Assembly: GCA_001778695.1 (NCBI GenBank)
Contig: MFHU01000004.1
Location: 210 to 64,209 of the forward strand
DNA length: 64,000 nucleotides
Reading direction: 5' to 3'
Source: Candidatus Giovannonibacteria bacterium RIFCSPHIGHO2_12_FULL_44_22
GTDB lineage: Bacteria; Patescibacteriota; Minisyncoccia; UBA11713; 2-01-FULL-45-33
Shown one piece after another: positions 1 to 9,493 of this stretch; position 1 is the stretch's first letter, and every line of letters starts with the position of its first letter. Under the pieces are notes generated by a model. The model was not told where the DNA came from, searched no databases, and was given only the letters and a program-made list of their open reading frames with translations. Made by a program: the position numbers and the translations under genes.

Positions 1-32
1 ATTATTAAACTTATGGTATCATTAATACAATC

Positions 33-671
33 ATGAATCAAGCCCTGCAGTTTATTTTTCAAATCGCCATTTTAATTTTTTCGGTGATAATCCACGAAGT
101 TTCCCATGGCGCAGTGGCTTATGCTTTGGGCGATTCCACTGCCAAAGATGAAGGCCGGCTCACTCTAAACCCCGTGAACCACCTTGACCCTTTCGGATCT
201 ATTTTACTGCCGGTTTTAACTTATCTAATGGGAGGATTTATTTTCGGCTGGGCGAAACCGGTGCCTTATAATCCCTATAATTTAAAAAGACCTCGCTGGC
301 TCGGACGGATTTCGCCAGATGCTTTGGTCGGCGTGGCGGGGCCTTTGAGTAATATTTTTTTGGCGGTTATTTTCGGTTTTTTCATCAGATTCAGCGGCGC
401 TTACGCTTTTTTTCCGCCAGCTTTTTTTCAAATCGCTTCTTTTGTAGTTTTTTTAAATCTAGTGCTCGCGATTTTTAATTTGGCGCCGATTCCTCCTTTG
501 GACGGTTCAAAAGTTCTTTTCGCGTTTCTTCCGGGCCGGGCTTATGAAATCCAGCGCTTTATGGAAAGATACGGCATTATTTTGTTTTTGGCATTTATTT
601 TTCTTTTATCCGGCATAATAATTCCCATCGCCGATTTTCTTTTCCGCATTATCACCGGTTTGGGAGTTTGA
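33..671 (+). CDS. Site-2 protease family (M50) membrane metalloprotease
   Basis: HEVSHG (HExxH) motif in TM helix, multiple hydrophobic segments, LDGS-like motif (PPLDGSK). Confidence 0.7.
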   Translation: MNQALQFIFQIAILIFSVIIHEVSHGAVAYALGDSTAKDEGRLTLNPVNHLDPFGSILLPVLTYLMGGFIFGWAKPVPYNPYNLKRPRWLGRISPDALVGVAGPLSNIFLAVIFGFFIRFSGAYAFFPPAFFQIASFVVFLNLVLAIFNLAPIPPLDGSKVLFAFLPGRAYEIQRFMERYGIILFLAFIFLLSGIIIPIADFLFRIITGLGV

Positions 672-706
672 CGCCCTGTTTTTATTTTGTTAGCATGGTT
701 TCTACA

Positions 707-1117
707 ATGCCGACCATTAATCAATTGGTAAAAAGAGGCCGGAAGAAGATTCAATATAAAGCCAAGTCGGTTGCCTTAGCTAAAAGTTTTAACGCGCTTC
801 AAAACCGGCCGAAATTTTATCCTTCGCCTTTCAAACGCGGGGTATGTTTGGCGGTAAAAACAATGACGCCCAAAAAACCCAACTCCGCTTTGCGGAAAGT
901 CGCCCGGGTGCGCCTCACCAACGGCATGGAAGTCACCGCTTATATTCCGGGAGAGAAACATTCTTTGCAGGAGCACTCGGTTGTCGTAATCCGCGGAGGG
1001 CGCGTGAAAGATTTGCCTGGGGTGCAGTATCATATTGTGCGCGGAGTGCTGGATACGACCGGCGTTGAAGGCAGAAAACAGCAAAGGTCAAAATATGGAG
1101 CGAAACGCCCGAAATAA
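707..1117 (+). CDS. rpsL: 30S ribosomal protein S12
   Basis: [14 protein letters not shown]...[11 protein letters not shown]...[11 protein letters not shown]; ORF-track start 668 is a TTG inside the upstream gene's end. ATG at 707 matches homolog N-termini. Confidence 0.92.
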   Translation: MPTINQLVKRGRKKIQYKAKSVALAKSFNALQNRPKFYPSPFKRGVCLAVKTMTPKKPNSALRKVARVRLTNGMEVTAYIPGEKHSLQEHSVVVIRGGRVKDLPGVQYHIVRGVLDTTGVEGRKQQRSKYGAKRPK

Positions 1118-1148
1118 TACCAATTACGAATTTTATACGAATATACAA

Positions 1149-1640
1149 ATGAGGAGAAAAAAGAAAGAAAAACGAGAATTAGTTTTAGACGCTATTTATG
1201 ATTCGTCTTTGGTTTCCAAATTGACGAATTATTTAATGTTTTCCGGAAAAAAATCCACCGCCCAAAAAGTAATCTGGGGCGCTTTAGAAGAAATAAAAAA
1301 AACCCTGTCTGCCAACAAGGCAGGAAAAAAAACGGATAACCCCGTGGCTGTTTTGGAGCTTGCCATGAAAAACATAACGCCGATGGTGGAAATCCGCCCG
1401 AGAAGAATAGGAGGAGCGACCTACCAAGTGCCTCGGGAAGTCCAGCAGGACCGCGGATTTTCTTTGGCTTCCAGATGGCTAATCGGCGCGGCTCGCGCCA
1501 AAAAAGGCAAGCCCATGGCGCAAAAACTGGCCGAGGAGATTCTTTTGGCGACAAAAAATGAGGGTGCCGCCATCAAGAAAAAATTAGACACGCATCGCAT
1601 GGCCGAAGCCAACAGAGCGTTCGCGCACTTTGCATGGTAA
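1149..1640 (+). CDS. rpsG: 30S ribosomal protein S7
   Basis: MRRKKKEKRELVLDAIYDS...MVEIRPRRIGGATYQVP...; conserved S7 core; start chosen at Met aligning with S7 N-terminus. Confidence 0.9.
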   Translation: MRRKKKEKRELVLDAIYDSSLVSKLTNYLMFSGKKSTAQKVIWGALEEIKKTLSANKAGKKTDNPVAVLELAMKNITPMVEIRPRRIGGATYQVPREVQQDRGFSLASRWLIGAARAKKGKPMAQKLAEEILLATKNEGAAIKKKLDTHRMAEANRAFAHFAW

Positions 1641-1643
1641 TTT

Positions 1644-3779
1644 ATGGCACGGGAATATCCATTAGAAAGAGTCCGCGATATTGGAATTATCGCCCACATA
1701 GACGCCGGCAAAACCACCGTTTCCGAGCGGGTGCTTTTTTATACCGGAGTTTCGCATAAAATCGGCGAGGTGCATGAAGGCGAGGCGATTATGGATTGGA
1801 TGGAGCAGGAGCAGGAGCGCGGAATTACCATAACAGCCGCCGCCACGACCTGTTTTTGGACACCGACTTATCTTGGCGCGCGGAGTGACGCGGACGAAAA
1901 CGCAGAAAAACTCGGCAAAGAAAACGAATATCGCATTAACATAATTGACACGCCGGGGCACGTGGATTTTACGGTGGAGGTGGAACGCTCTTTGCGGGTT
2001 TTGGACGGAGGTGTGGTGGTTTTTGACGGCGTCGCCGGAGTTGAACCGCAATCGGAAACTGTCTGGCGTCAAGCCGACAAATACAATGTTCCCAGAATTT
2101 GCTTTATAAATAAATTGGATAGAATGGGCGCCTCTTTTGAAAATAGTTTCAAATCAATTTTGGATCGCCTGACTCCCAACGCCGTGGCTTTAAATATTCC
2201 AGTGGGTTTGGAGGCGGCGTTTTCCGGAGTGATTGACCTTATACGGATGAAATTTGTTAAATTTGAAGGCGATCACGGCGAAAAAATGGTCGTAGAAGAA
2301 ATTCCGGCGGAGCGCAAAAAAGAAGCTGAAGACTGGCGCCACAAGCTTGTTGAAAAAATCGCCGAGCAGGACGACACTCTTACGGAAAAATATTTGGAAG
2401 GGAAAGAAATTTCGCAGGAAGAATTAAAAAAAGTTTTACGCGCGTCCTCTCTGGCCTACACTTTGGTGCCGGTTTTTTGCGGATCGGCTTTGAAAAATAA
2501 AGGAGTTCAACTGATGCTGGACGGCGTGGTGGATTATCTGCCAAGCCCCCAAGACCTTCCTCCGGTAAAAGGCACTGACCTTAAAACCGGCGAGGAAATT
2601 TTCCGCGAATCCAAAGATGACGCGCCTTTGGCCGCTTTAGCTTTCAAACTTCAGACCGACCCCTACGTCGGCCAGCTTACATATTTCAGAGTTTATTCAG
2701 GCACATTATCCTCCGGCTCCTACGTTTTTAATTCAACAAAAAATGAAAAAGAAAGAGTCGGGAGAATTTTGCGGATGCACGCCAATCACAGGGAGGAAGC
2801 GAAAGAAATGCAGGCCGGAGACATCGGAGCGATAGTCGGTTTAAAAAGCACAAAAACCGGCGACACGCTTTGCGATCCGGACAAGCCGATTATTTTGGAA
2901 AATATTATTTTCCCGGAGCCGGTGGTATCTTTGCGGATTGAGCCCAAAACCAAGGCCGACCAAGAGCGCATGGGTTTGGCTCTGCATAGGCTTAGCGAAG
3001 AGGACCCGACCTTCAGAATCAAAGGAGACGAAGAAACAATGGAGACGATTATTTCCGGAATGGGCGAACTCCATTTGGAAATAATAGTTGACCGGATGAA
3101 GCGCGAATTTAAAGTTGGGGCCAATGTCGGGCGCCCGCAGGTGGCTTACAAAGAAACCATTAAAAAAACGGCGGAAGCCGAAGGAAAATATATTAAACAA
3201 TCCGGCGGGCACGGGCAATATGGTCATGTCTGGTTGAGAGTTGAACCGCAGGAGCGTGGCAAGGGATTTGAATTTGAAAGCGAAATCAGGGGAGGAGTAA
3301 TTCCGCAGGAATTTATTCCGGCGGTTGAAAAGGGTGTTAAGGAGGCAGTTGAAAAAGGAGTGGTGGCGGGGTTTCCACTGGTAGACATAAAAGTCGCGCT
3401 TTACGACGGCTCTTACCACGACGTGGATTCGTCCGAATCAGCTTTTAAAATCGCTGGCTCCATTGCTTTGCAGGAAGCCGCAAAGCGAGCCCAAGCAATT
3501 CTTTTGGAACCGATTATGAAAGTTGAGGTGGTGACGCCGGAGCATTTTTTGGGGGATGTAACTGGCGACCTTTCTTCAAAACGCGGAAAAATTGAGCGTA
3601 TGTTTGAACGCGGTACCGCGAAAGTCGTTGACGCCAAAGTCCCGCTTTCCGAAATGTTCGGCTATGTGACGAAACTTCGCTCAATGACCGAAGGCCGCGC
3701 TTCCTATACTATGGAATTCTCGCACTACGAAGAAGTCCCCACCAATATCGCGGAGTTAATTAAAGAAGGGAAGAAGTAA
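1644..3779 (+). CDS. fusA: Elongation factor G
   Basis: [23 protein letters not shown]-domain motifs; full EF-G domain order; ~14-aa insertion before [10 protein letters not shown] relative to E. coli. Confidence 0.95.
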   Translation: MAREYPLERVRDIGIIAHIDAGKTTVSERVLFYTGVSHKIGEVHEGEAIMDWMEQEQERGITITAAATTCFWTPTYLGARSDADENAEKLGKENEYRINIIDTPGHVDFTVEVERSLRVLDGGVVVFDGVAGVEPQSETVWRQADKYNVPRICFINKLDRMGASFENSFKSILDRLTPNAVALNIPVGLEAAFSGVIDLIRMKFVKFEGDHGEKMVVEEIPAERKKEAEDWRHKLVEKIAEQDDTLTEKYLEGKEISQEELKKVLRASSLAYTLVPVFCGSALKNKGVQLMLDGVVDYLPSPQDLPPVKGTDLKTGEEIFRESKDDAPLAALAFKLQTDPYVGQLTYFRVYSGTLSSGSYVFNSTKNEKERVGRILRMHANHREEAKEMQAGDIGAIVGLKSTKTGDTLCDPDKPIILENIIFPEPVVSLRIEPKTKADQERMGLALHRLSEEDPTFRIKGDEETMETIISGMGELHLEIIVDRMKREFKVGANVGRPQVAYKETIKKTAEAEGKYIKQSGGHGQYGHVWLRVEPQERGKGFEFESEIRGGVIPQEFIPAVEKGVKEAVEKGVVAGFPLVDIKVALYDGSYHDVDSSESAFKIAGSIALQEAAKRAQAILLEPIMKVEVVTPEHFLGDVTGDLSSKRGKIERMFERGTAKVVDAKVPLSEMFGYVTKLRSMTEGRASYTMEFSHYEEVPTNIAELIKEGKK

Positions 3780-3798
3780 ACCCCTCCCTTTTCTCGCC

Positions 3799-4062
3799 AT
3801 GTTTTATGTCTATTTGATAAAAAATAATAATAAGCGCTGGTATATTGGGTCTACAAATGACTTAAAAAGAAGGATGACTGAGCATAATGCCGGCAAAAAC
3901 TTTTCAACTAAATATGATAAAACATGGAAATTAATATACTACGAAGCTTACTTGGACGAACACATGGCTAGAATAAGAGAGAAAAAGTTGAAAAGTTTTG
4001 GAAGTGCTTTTGGACACCTGTTAAAGCGTTTAGATATGGGCAATAAAAAAAAGGAGGGGTAA
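3799..4062 (+). CDS. GIY-YIG domain protein (YhbQ/UPF0213-like)
   Basis: YVYLIKNNNKRWYIGSTNDLKRRMTEHN GIY-YIG signature; paralog of 52924..53199. Confidence 0.7.
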   Translation: MFYVYLIKNNNKRWYIGSTNDLKRRMTEHNAGKNFSTKYDKTWKLIYYEAYLDEHMARIREKKLKSFGSAFGHLLKRLDMGNKKKEG

Positions 4063-4066
4063 ATTT

Positions 4067-4198
4067 ATGGAAAACGAAAAAATAGAAAAAGAAGATCAGC
4101 CCAAGGCTGACCAGCCTATGGCTGGAAAAATATTGTCCGATGAATTGCTCGCCGAAGATTTGGATTCGGAGCCGTCCCTTGACGATCTGCCGGTTTAA
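4067..4198 (+). CDS. Small acidic hypothetical protein (43 aa)
   Basis: Not in ORF track (<60 aa); strong SD AAGGAGGGG 11 nt upstream of ATG; MENEKIEKEDQPKADQPMAGKILSDELLAEDLDSEPSLDDLPV. Confidence 0.35.
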   Translation: MENEKIEKEDQPKADQPMAGKILSDELLAEDLDSEPSLDDLPV

Positions 4199-4234
4199 TT
4201 CTAATCTTGGCGTAGAGGTAAAAGGAGGGGCTCT

Positions 4235-4915
4235 ATGACAACAAAACCGAGGAATGGGAAAAATTTTCGGAGATTAATTATCGATACTATAAAGAAGGAT
4301 GAAGACGCTATTCCAGGCAGGGCTGGAGAAACGCCGATTTCGGATCTCGCCTGTATGTTTAAAAAGCTTAAAGATAAAGAGGCTGACGAAGCGATCAAAA
4401 CAATTGTTGACCTCATAAACACGCCGCCTGACCCACTTCTTGTTGCCGATCCAAAAAAATTCTGGTTCAACGTTATGTTTCTCTCACATTATCCTAAAGG
4501 CGAGAAAAATTCACTAAGAGATGCGTTTTTCGCTCGCTTGTTCGGGGAGAGGGCGCTGGATCGTAGTCTATTAATATGGATGTTTAATGGGTATATTGAA
4601 GCCGGAGGAATTTTTGATCAACCCATGCTTCTTGCATTATCGTTTCTTCGGGACGAATCTCCAATCGCATGGCTCAATGCGGCTGCCCGAAGCAGAGAAT
4701 TTGATTTTGTAAAAAATGAAGCCGTTCAGCTACTCCGAGATGGGAAAATTTCTTCTAGGACAGGAAGTGTTTTCATTTACTTTCTCGATTTTTTAAAAAA
4801 ACTTTGGCCGTCCGAAGAAGATTTTTTCAAAGTTGTTGAAGAATTCCACGACGCGGCACAAGATCAGGACACAAAAGAAAAGCTTCAAGGATGGATTGAT
4901 AGGCACAAAAAGTAG
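4235..4915 (+). CDS. Hypothetical protein (226 aa), no recognisable domain
   Basis: Long ORF with identical strong SD (AAGGAGGGG) 7 nt upstream; sits inside the fusA-tuf interval. Confidence 0.6.
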   Translation: MTTKPRNGKNFRRLIIDTIKKDEDAIPGRAGETPISDLACMFKKLKDKEADEAIKTIVDLINTPPDPLLVADPKKFWFNVMFLSHYPKGEKNSLRDAFFARLFGERALDRSLLIWMFNGYIEAGGIFDQPMLLALSFLRDESPIAWLNAAARSREFDFVKNEAVQLLRDGKISSRTGSVFIYFLDFLKKLWPSEEDFFKVVEEFHDAAQDQDTKEKLQGWIDRHKK

Positions 4916-4936
4916 AACAAATTTGATTCAGATAAA

Positions 4937-4960
4937 GGCGCTTCAGCGCCTATTTTTTTA
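4937..4960 (+). terminator. Rho-independent terminator (GGCGC-TTCA-GCGCC + T8)
   Basis: GC hairpin followed by TATTTTTTT directly after 4235..4915 ORF. Confidence 0.65.
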
Positions 4961-4985
4961 CGCAAAAAGGCGGAATTGAGGGGTG

Positions 4986-5012
4986 TTGACAGCGTTTTAA
5001 CTATCATATAAC
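4986..5012 (+). promoter_or_regulatory. Putative sigma70-like promoter for tuf (TTGACA ... TATAAC)
   Basis: TTGACA at 4986-4991, TATAAC at 5007-5012 (15-nt spacer), ~60 nt upstream of tuf ATG. Confidence 0.35.
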
Positions 5013-5073
5013 ATACTTCTATACGCTAAATCAGCGTATTGGCTTTTATAAGCGTTAATTTTTAAAACAATTT

Positions 5074-6267
5074 ATGGCGGAAAAATTTGAGAGGACAAAG
5101 CCCCACTTGAATGTGGGCACAATCGGCCACGTTGACCACGGCAAGACCACTTTGACGGCGGCTATTTTACACGTGCTTAATTTGGCGGGGAAAAAGGTGC
5201 GCATTGAAAAAATTGAGGACATTGATAACGCTCCCGAAGAGAGGAAGCGCGGAATTACCATCGCCTTGCACCATTCTGAATACGAAACCGACAAGCGCCA
5301 CTACGCGCACATTGATGCTCCGGGGCACGCCGACTATATTAAAAATATGATAACCGGAGCCGCGCAAATGGACGGCGCAATTTTGGTGGTTTCGGCTGCG
5401 GACGGCCCGATGCCTCAAACCAGAGAACACATTCTTTTGGCGCGCCAAGTAGGCGTTCCAGCAGTTATTGTTTTTTTAAACAAAGTTGACACGGTGGACG
5501 ACAAAGAATTAGTTGATTTAGTGGAAACGGAAATCAGAGAACTTCTTACCAAATATGAATACCCCGGCGATAAAACTCCGATTATCCGCGGTTCGGCTTT
5601 AAAGGCTTTAGCGGCAAAATCCGCGGATGACGAATGGGCCAAGCCGATTTTGGAACTTGCCAAACAACTTGATGAATATATTCCCGAACCTGTTCGTGAT
5701 ATTGACATGCCTTTTCTTATGCCGGCTGAAGATGTTTTTTCAATTGAAGGCCGTGGCACCGTGGTTACCGGAAGAATTGAGCGCGGAAAAGTTAAATTAA
5801 ACGATGAAGTTGAAATCGTGGGATTAAAAGATACCCAAAAAACCGTAGTCACCGGAATTGAAATGTTCAACAAACAATTGGATGAAGGCATGGCCGGAGA
5901 CAACGCCGGGATTTTGCTAAGAGGAGTTAAAAAAGAAGACGTGGAGCGCGGGCAGGTAATCGCCAAGCCGGGGTCTATTACTCCGCATACCGATTTTGAT
6001 TCCGAAGTTTATATTCTCACCAAAGAAGAAGGCGGACGGCACACGCCGTTTTTCACGGGCTATAAGCCGCAGTTCTACATCAGGACAACTGATGTGACTG
6101 GAGACGTAACCTTGCCAACGGGGACGGAAATGGTAATGCCCGGAGACACGATTAAATTTACTGTGAAGCTAATCGCGCCGGTTGCCATGGAAGAAAAATT
6201 GCGCTTCGCGATTCGCGAGGGAGGCAAGACGGTAGGCGCTGGAGTTGTCACAAAAATCAATAAATAA
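5074..6267 (+). CDS. tuf: Elongation factor Tu
   Basis: [22 protein letters not shown] motifs; 397 aa, full-length EF-Tu. Confidence 0.97.
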   Translation: MAEKFERTKPHLNVGTIGHVDHGKTTLTAAILHVLNLAGKKVRIEKIEDIDNAPEERKRGITIALHHSEYETDKRHYAHIDAPGHADYIKNMITGAAQMDGAILVVSAADGPMPQTREHILLARQVGVPAVIVFLNKVDTVDDKELVDLVETEIRELLTKYEYPGDKTPIIRGSALKALAAKSADDEWAKPILELAKQLDEYIPEPVRDIDMPFLMPAEDVFSIEGRGTVVTGRIERGKVKLNDEVEIVGLKDTQKTVVTGIEMFNKQLDEGMAGDNAGILLRGVKKEDVERGQVIAKPGSITPHTDFDSEVYILTKEEGGRHTPFFTGYKPQFYIRTTDVTGDVTLPTGTEMVMPGDTIKFTVKLIAPVAMEEKLRFAIREGGKTVGAGVVTKINK

Positions 6268-6269
6268 AA

Positions 6270-6623
6270 ATGACCAAGGCGCTCGCAAAAGCGAAAGAAA
6301 AAGAAAAGGAGGCGGAGGAAAAGCAAAGGTTAAGAATCCGCGTGCGGGCTTATGACCATAAAATTTTGGACTCATCCGTAAAACAAATCGTGGACACGGC
6401 TTTGAGATACGGCTCGGAAATACAGGGGCCGGTGCCACTACCTACGGAGATAAAAAAATACACCGTAAACCGTTCTTCTTTCGTCCATAAAAACGCGCGT
6501 GAGCAGTTTGAGATGCGCGTGCACCGGCGCTTGATTGATGTTTTAAACCCCACGGCGAAAGTCGTGGAAGCAATGACTAATCTAAATCTTCCTGCCGGCG
6601 TGGATATTGAAATTAAGATGTAG
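6270..6623 (+). CDS. rpsJ: 30S ribosomal protein S10 (with ~20-aa Lys/Glu-rich N-terminal extension)
   Basis: [13 protein letters not shown]...[33 protein letters not shown]. Confidence 0.9.
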   Translation: MTKALAKAKEKEKEAEEKQRLRIRVRAYDHKILDSSVKQIVDTALRYGSEIQGPVPLPTEIKKYTVNRSSFVHKNAREQFEMRVHRRLIDVLNPTAKVVEAMTNLNLPAGVDIEIKM

Positions 6624-6663
6624 CATAACAAAATAAAAAAATCGTTTTATTTTGTTTAAACTT

Positions 6664-7254
6664 ATGAAATTCATACTCGCAAAAAAAGTTGAAATGTCGC
6701 AGGTTTTTGATGAAAATGGCCGGGTGCATCCGGTAACCTGGCTTTTGGCTGGGCCTATTTTTGTAACTCAAAAAAAATCAGCGGAAAAAGACGGCTATGT
6801 GTCGGTGCAAGTAGGTTTTGGTTCCAAAAAAGAAAAAAATGTTAAAAAGCCACAGAAAAAATTGGGAAATTTTGAGGGGTTCAGGGAATTTCGCGGAGAA
6901 CACCCGATGAATGTCGGGGACAAAATTGATGTTTCGGTTTTTAAAGAGGGGGACATTGTAAATGTTTCAGGAACTTCCAAAGGAAAAGGTTTTCAAGGCG
7001 TGGTGAAAAGGCACGGCTTTGCCGGCGGTCCGCGCACTCATGGGCAGAAGCATTCGGAAAGAGAGCCCGGATCTATTGGGGCCACTTGGCCGCAAAGGGT
7101 GTTAAAAGGCAGGCGCATGCCCGGGCGAATGGGCAGCGACCGCGTTACAGTGCGAAATCTTAAAATAATAAAAATAATTCCCGAAAAAAATTTGATGGCC
7201 ATAGAAGGCGCCATCCCCGGCAACCGCGGCAGTTTGGTGGAAATAAGAGGATAA
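6664..7254 (+). CDS. rplC: 50S ribosomal protein L3
   Basis: GFQGVVKRHGFAGGPRTHGQ...PGSIGA motif; start at 6652 or 6664. Confidence 0.9.
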   Translation: MKFILAKKVEMSQVFDENGRVHPVTWLLAGPIFVTQKKSAEKDGYVSVQVGFGSKKEKNVKKPQKKLGNFEGFREFRGEHPMNVGDKIDVSVFKEGDIVNVSGTSKGKGFQGVVKRHGFAGGPRTHGQKHSEREPGSIGATWPQRVLKGRRMPGRMGSDRVTVRNLKIIKIIPEKNLMAIEGAIPGNRGSLVEIRG

Positions 7255-7404
7255 AAGCTCCCTTGCGGGGGGTTTTTGGTTATGCTATCATCAAAATCAC
7301 TTGTGGGAAGCGAACCAAAATACGATTTAGGAGGGTAAAAAGGATTAGAATCCAAGGTTTTTAACCGAGGGGGGTTCTGCCTCCTTGTTTTTGTTTTAAA
7401 AAAG

Positions 7405-8055
7405 ATGAAAGTCAATACATATAATATAAAAGGAGAAAAAGCGGAGACTACGGAATTACCGGAGGGGATTTTTGGAGCGGCGTGGAAACCAGCACTAGTG
7501 AAGCAGGTTTTTGACGGCGAGATGGCAAATAAAAGACGCCCTTGGGCGCATACTAAAACCAGGGGCGAGGTCCGTGGCGGAGGCAGAAAGCCATGGCGGC
7601 AAAAAGGAACCGGACGCGCGAGGCATGGCTCAACCAGATCGCCATTGTGGGTTGGGGGAGGAATTGCTCACGGACCGAGAAATGAAAGGGATTATAGCGT
7701 AAAAATAAATAAAAAAATGAGGCGAGGGGCGCTGTTTTCTTTGCTTTCCAGAAAATTAAAAGACAAAGAAATTATTTTGATTGATAATTTTGAAATGGCT
7801 AAATCCAAAACTAGAGAAGCTTTTAATATTTTTAAAAATTTGAGGACAACGGGAGATATTTATAATTTAGGGATAAAAGGGGGGAAAGCGCTTCTGGCTT
7901 TGGCGAAAGGCGACGCTAAAAGGGCGGTCCATAATCTGCCTTTTGTAAATTTTATAGAGCCGAGAAATTTAAACGTCTCCGCGCTTTTGCAGAATAAATA
8001 TTTAATTTTGGATAAGGCCAGCATTAAAGAATTAGAAAAAACTTATGCCAGGTAG
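7405..8055 (+). CDS. rplD: 50S ribosomal protein L4
   Basis: KPWRQKGTGRARHGS...SPLWVGGG L4 signature. Confidence 0.9.
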   Translation: MKVNTYNIKGEKAETTELPEGIFGAAWKPALVKQVFDGEMANKRRPWAHTKTRGEVRGGGRKPWRQKGTGRARHGSTRSPLWVGGGIAHGPRNERDYSVKINKKMRRGALFSLLSRKLKDKEIILIDNFEMAKSKTREAFNIFKNLRTTGDIYNLGIKGGKALLALAKGDAKRAVHNLPFVNFIEPRNLNVSALLQNKYLILDKASIKELEKTYAR

Positions 8056-8186
8056 TGAAAAAATCGATTGCTTTTCGGTGATATTACAAAATCCAGCAGC
8101 TATCCTGCAGCTTTACATTGGGTCGAAATTTGAGGTTATATTTACAAAAGCATTATCATTAATCGATTTTTCTACTACCTGGTATG
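8044..8186 (+). repeat. Start-codon-associated hairpin element, long form (MITE-like), copy 1
   Basis: TATG|CCAGGTAGTGAAAAAATCGATTG...CAATCGATTTTTCTACTACCTGG|TATG; termini are inverted repeats; 3' ATG = rplW start; L4 stop TAG lies inside left terminus. Confidence 0.85.
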
Positions 8187-8651
8187 CCGTTTAATTTATC
8201 GCAAATTTTCGGGGGATGGAGGAAGAAGAAAAATAAGGGGCGCAAGGCGCCTGAGAGCTCGCCTCATTCATTCCGTTCGCGCTTAACCCTCCCCGCAGAG
8301 CGGGGGGGCTCCGATGCGTCTCACGGTCCGAACGAGGCTCGCTCTTCTAAAGTCGCCACCCAAACTAAAAATAAAAGCGAACTGGCTTGGAAATTAATTA
8401 TCGCGCCTCATATTTCTGAAAAATCAACTATGCTTGGCGAGGGTCGGTATGTTTTTAAAGTCGCCGGCTCCGCGAACAAGCCATCTCTCAAGCAAGCTAT
8501 AGAAGCCAGATACGGCGTCACGGTTCTATCAATAAACATGCTCGCGGCAAGAAACAAAAAACGAAGGCGCGGCGTAATTTTGGGAATTAAGCCGGGATTT
8601 AAAAAAGCAATAGTGACATTAAAAGCAGGACAAAACATAACCGAATTTTAA
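8184..8651 (+). CDS. rplW: 50S ribosomal protein L23 (with ~60-aa basic low-complexity N-terminal extension)
   Basis: Core LIIAPHISEKS...KKAIVTLKAGQNI matches L23; only in-frame ATG is the one at the end of the hairpin element. Confidence 0.85.
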   Translation: MPFNLSQIFGGWRKKKNKGRKAPESSPHSFRSRLTLPAERGGSDASHGPNEARSSKVATQTKNKSELAWKLIIAPHISEKSTMLGEGRYVFKVAGSANKPSLKQAIEARYGVTVLSINMLAARNKKRRRGVILGIKPGFKKAIVTLKAGQNITEF

Positions 8652-8654
8652 TTT

Positions 8655-9485
8655 ATGAAAACTTTCGCTCCCACATCTCCGTCAAGAAGGCAGATGACCG
8701 GAATAAATTACCGGGAGTTTTTGACGCGCCATGACCCCGAAAAATCTTTGGTGTTTGGAAAGCATCGCGCAGTCGGCCGAAACAATTTGGGCCGCATCAC
8801 TACGCGCCACAAGGGAGGCGGGGCGAAACGGCTTTTACGGATCGTTGATTTTCAATTTGATAAAAAAGATATCCCCGGGCGCGTGGATTCGGTTGAATAC
8901 GACCCCAACCGCACGGCTTTTATCGGGCTGATTATTTATAAAGACGGCGAGAAACGCTACATGGTTTTGCCTAAAGATATCCGCCCCGGGCGCGAAATTT
9001 TAATATCCGAAAAAGCTCCTATCATAGCAGGCAATCGCTTGCCGTTGGGCGCTTTGCCGCCTGGAACGCTTATTTATAACATTGCTTTAGCTCCGGAAGG
9101 CAAAGCTGTTCTAGTGCGCTCCGCCGGAAGTTTTGCGGAAGTAGTGGCTCATGACGGCGGATATGCCACAATAAAATTGCCGTCCGGAGAAGTGAGAAAA
9201 ATAAAAGACAACGCCTGGGCTTCGGTGGGGCAGGTTTCAAATGAAGAAAATAATCTGGTGGTTATCGGCAAAGCTGGCCGGTCGCGCCTTTTGGGCATCC
9301 GCCCCACGGTGAGAGGTTCGGCCATGAATCCGGTTGACCATCCTTACGGAGGAGGCGAGGGGCGCACGATGCGCGGAACAAGGCGCCCTAAAAATAAATG
9401 GGGCAAAGGAACTAGGGGTGTTAAAACCAGGAATCGCAACAAATATTCTTCCAAATTTATAATTAGCCGGAGGACCAAAAATTAA
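8655..9485 (+). CDS. rplB: 50S ribosomal protein L2
   Basis: GRNNLGRITTRHKGGG...MNPVDHPYGGGEG signature. Confidence 0.96.
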   Translation: MKTFAPTSPSRRQMTGINYREFLTRHDPEKSLVFGKHRAVGRNNLGRITTRHKGGGAKRLLRIVDFQFDKKDIPGRVDSVEYDPNRTAFIGLIIYKDGEKRYMVLPKDIRPGREILISEKAPIIAGNRLPLGALPPGTLIYNIALAPEGKAVLVRSAGSFAEVVAHDGGYATIKLPSGEVRKIKDNAWASVGQVSNEENNLVVIGKAGRSRLLGIRPTVRGSAMNPVDHPYGGGEGRTMRGTRRPKNKWGKGTRGVKTRNRNKYSSKFIISRRTKN

Positions 9486-9493
9486 TTTAAAAT

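Noticed and set aside
668-706. TACAAT -10-like box upstream of rpsL
   Set aside because: It overlaps the rpsL ATG (707), so it cannot act as a promoter for this gene. The ORF-track TTG start at 668 is an artefact.
542-1148. Antisense/overlapping ORFs inside rpsL/rpsG (542-754-, 776-1084-, 844-1068+, 933-1148-)
   Set aside because: Shadow ORFs within strongly conserved ribosomal genes; no independent signals.
6626-6655. AT-only 12-bp inverted repeat AACAAAATAAAA/TTTTATTTTGTT between rpsJ and rplC
   Set aside because: The stem is entirely A/T. It is probably too weak to function as a terminator inside the operon, so it is noted only.
7511-7702. 63-aa ORF inside rplD
   Set aside because: Alternate frame of the conserved L4 coding region.
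8047-8193. Small ORFs beginning MPGSE(K/I).. inside hairpin elements (copies 1, 2, 4, 6)
   Set aside because: Peptides are not conserved beyond 5 residues, copies 3 and 5 lack them (immediate stop / no ATG), and the conservation is at nucleotide/structure level.
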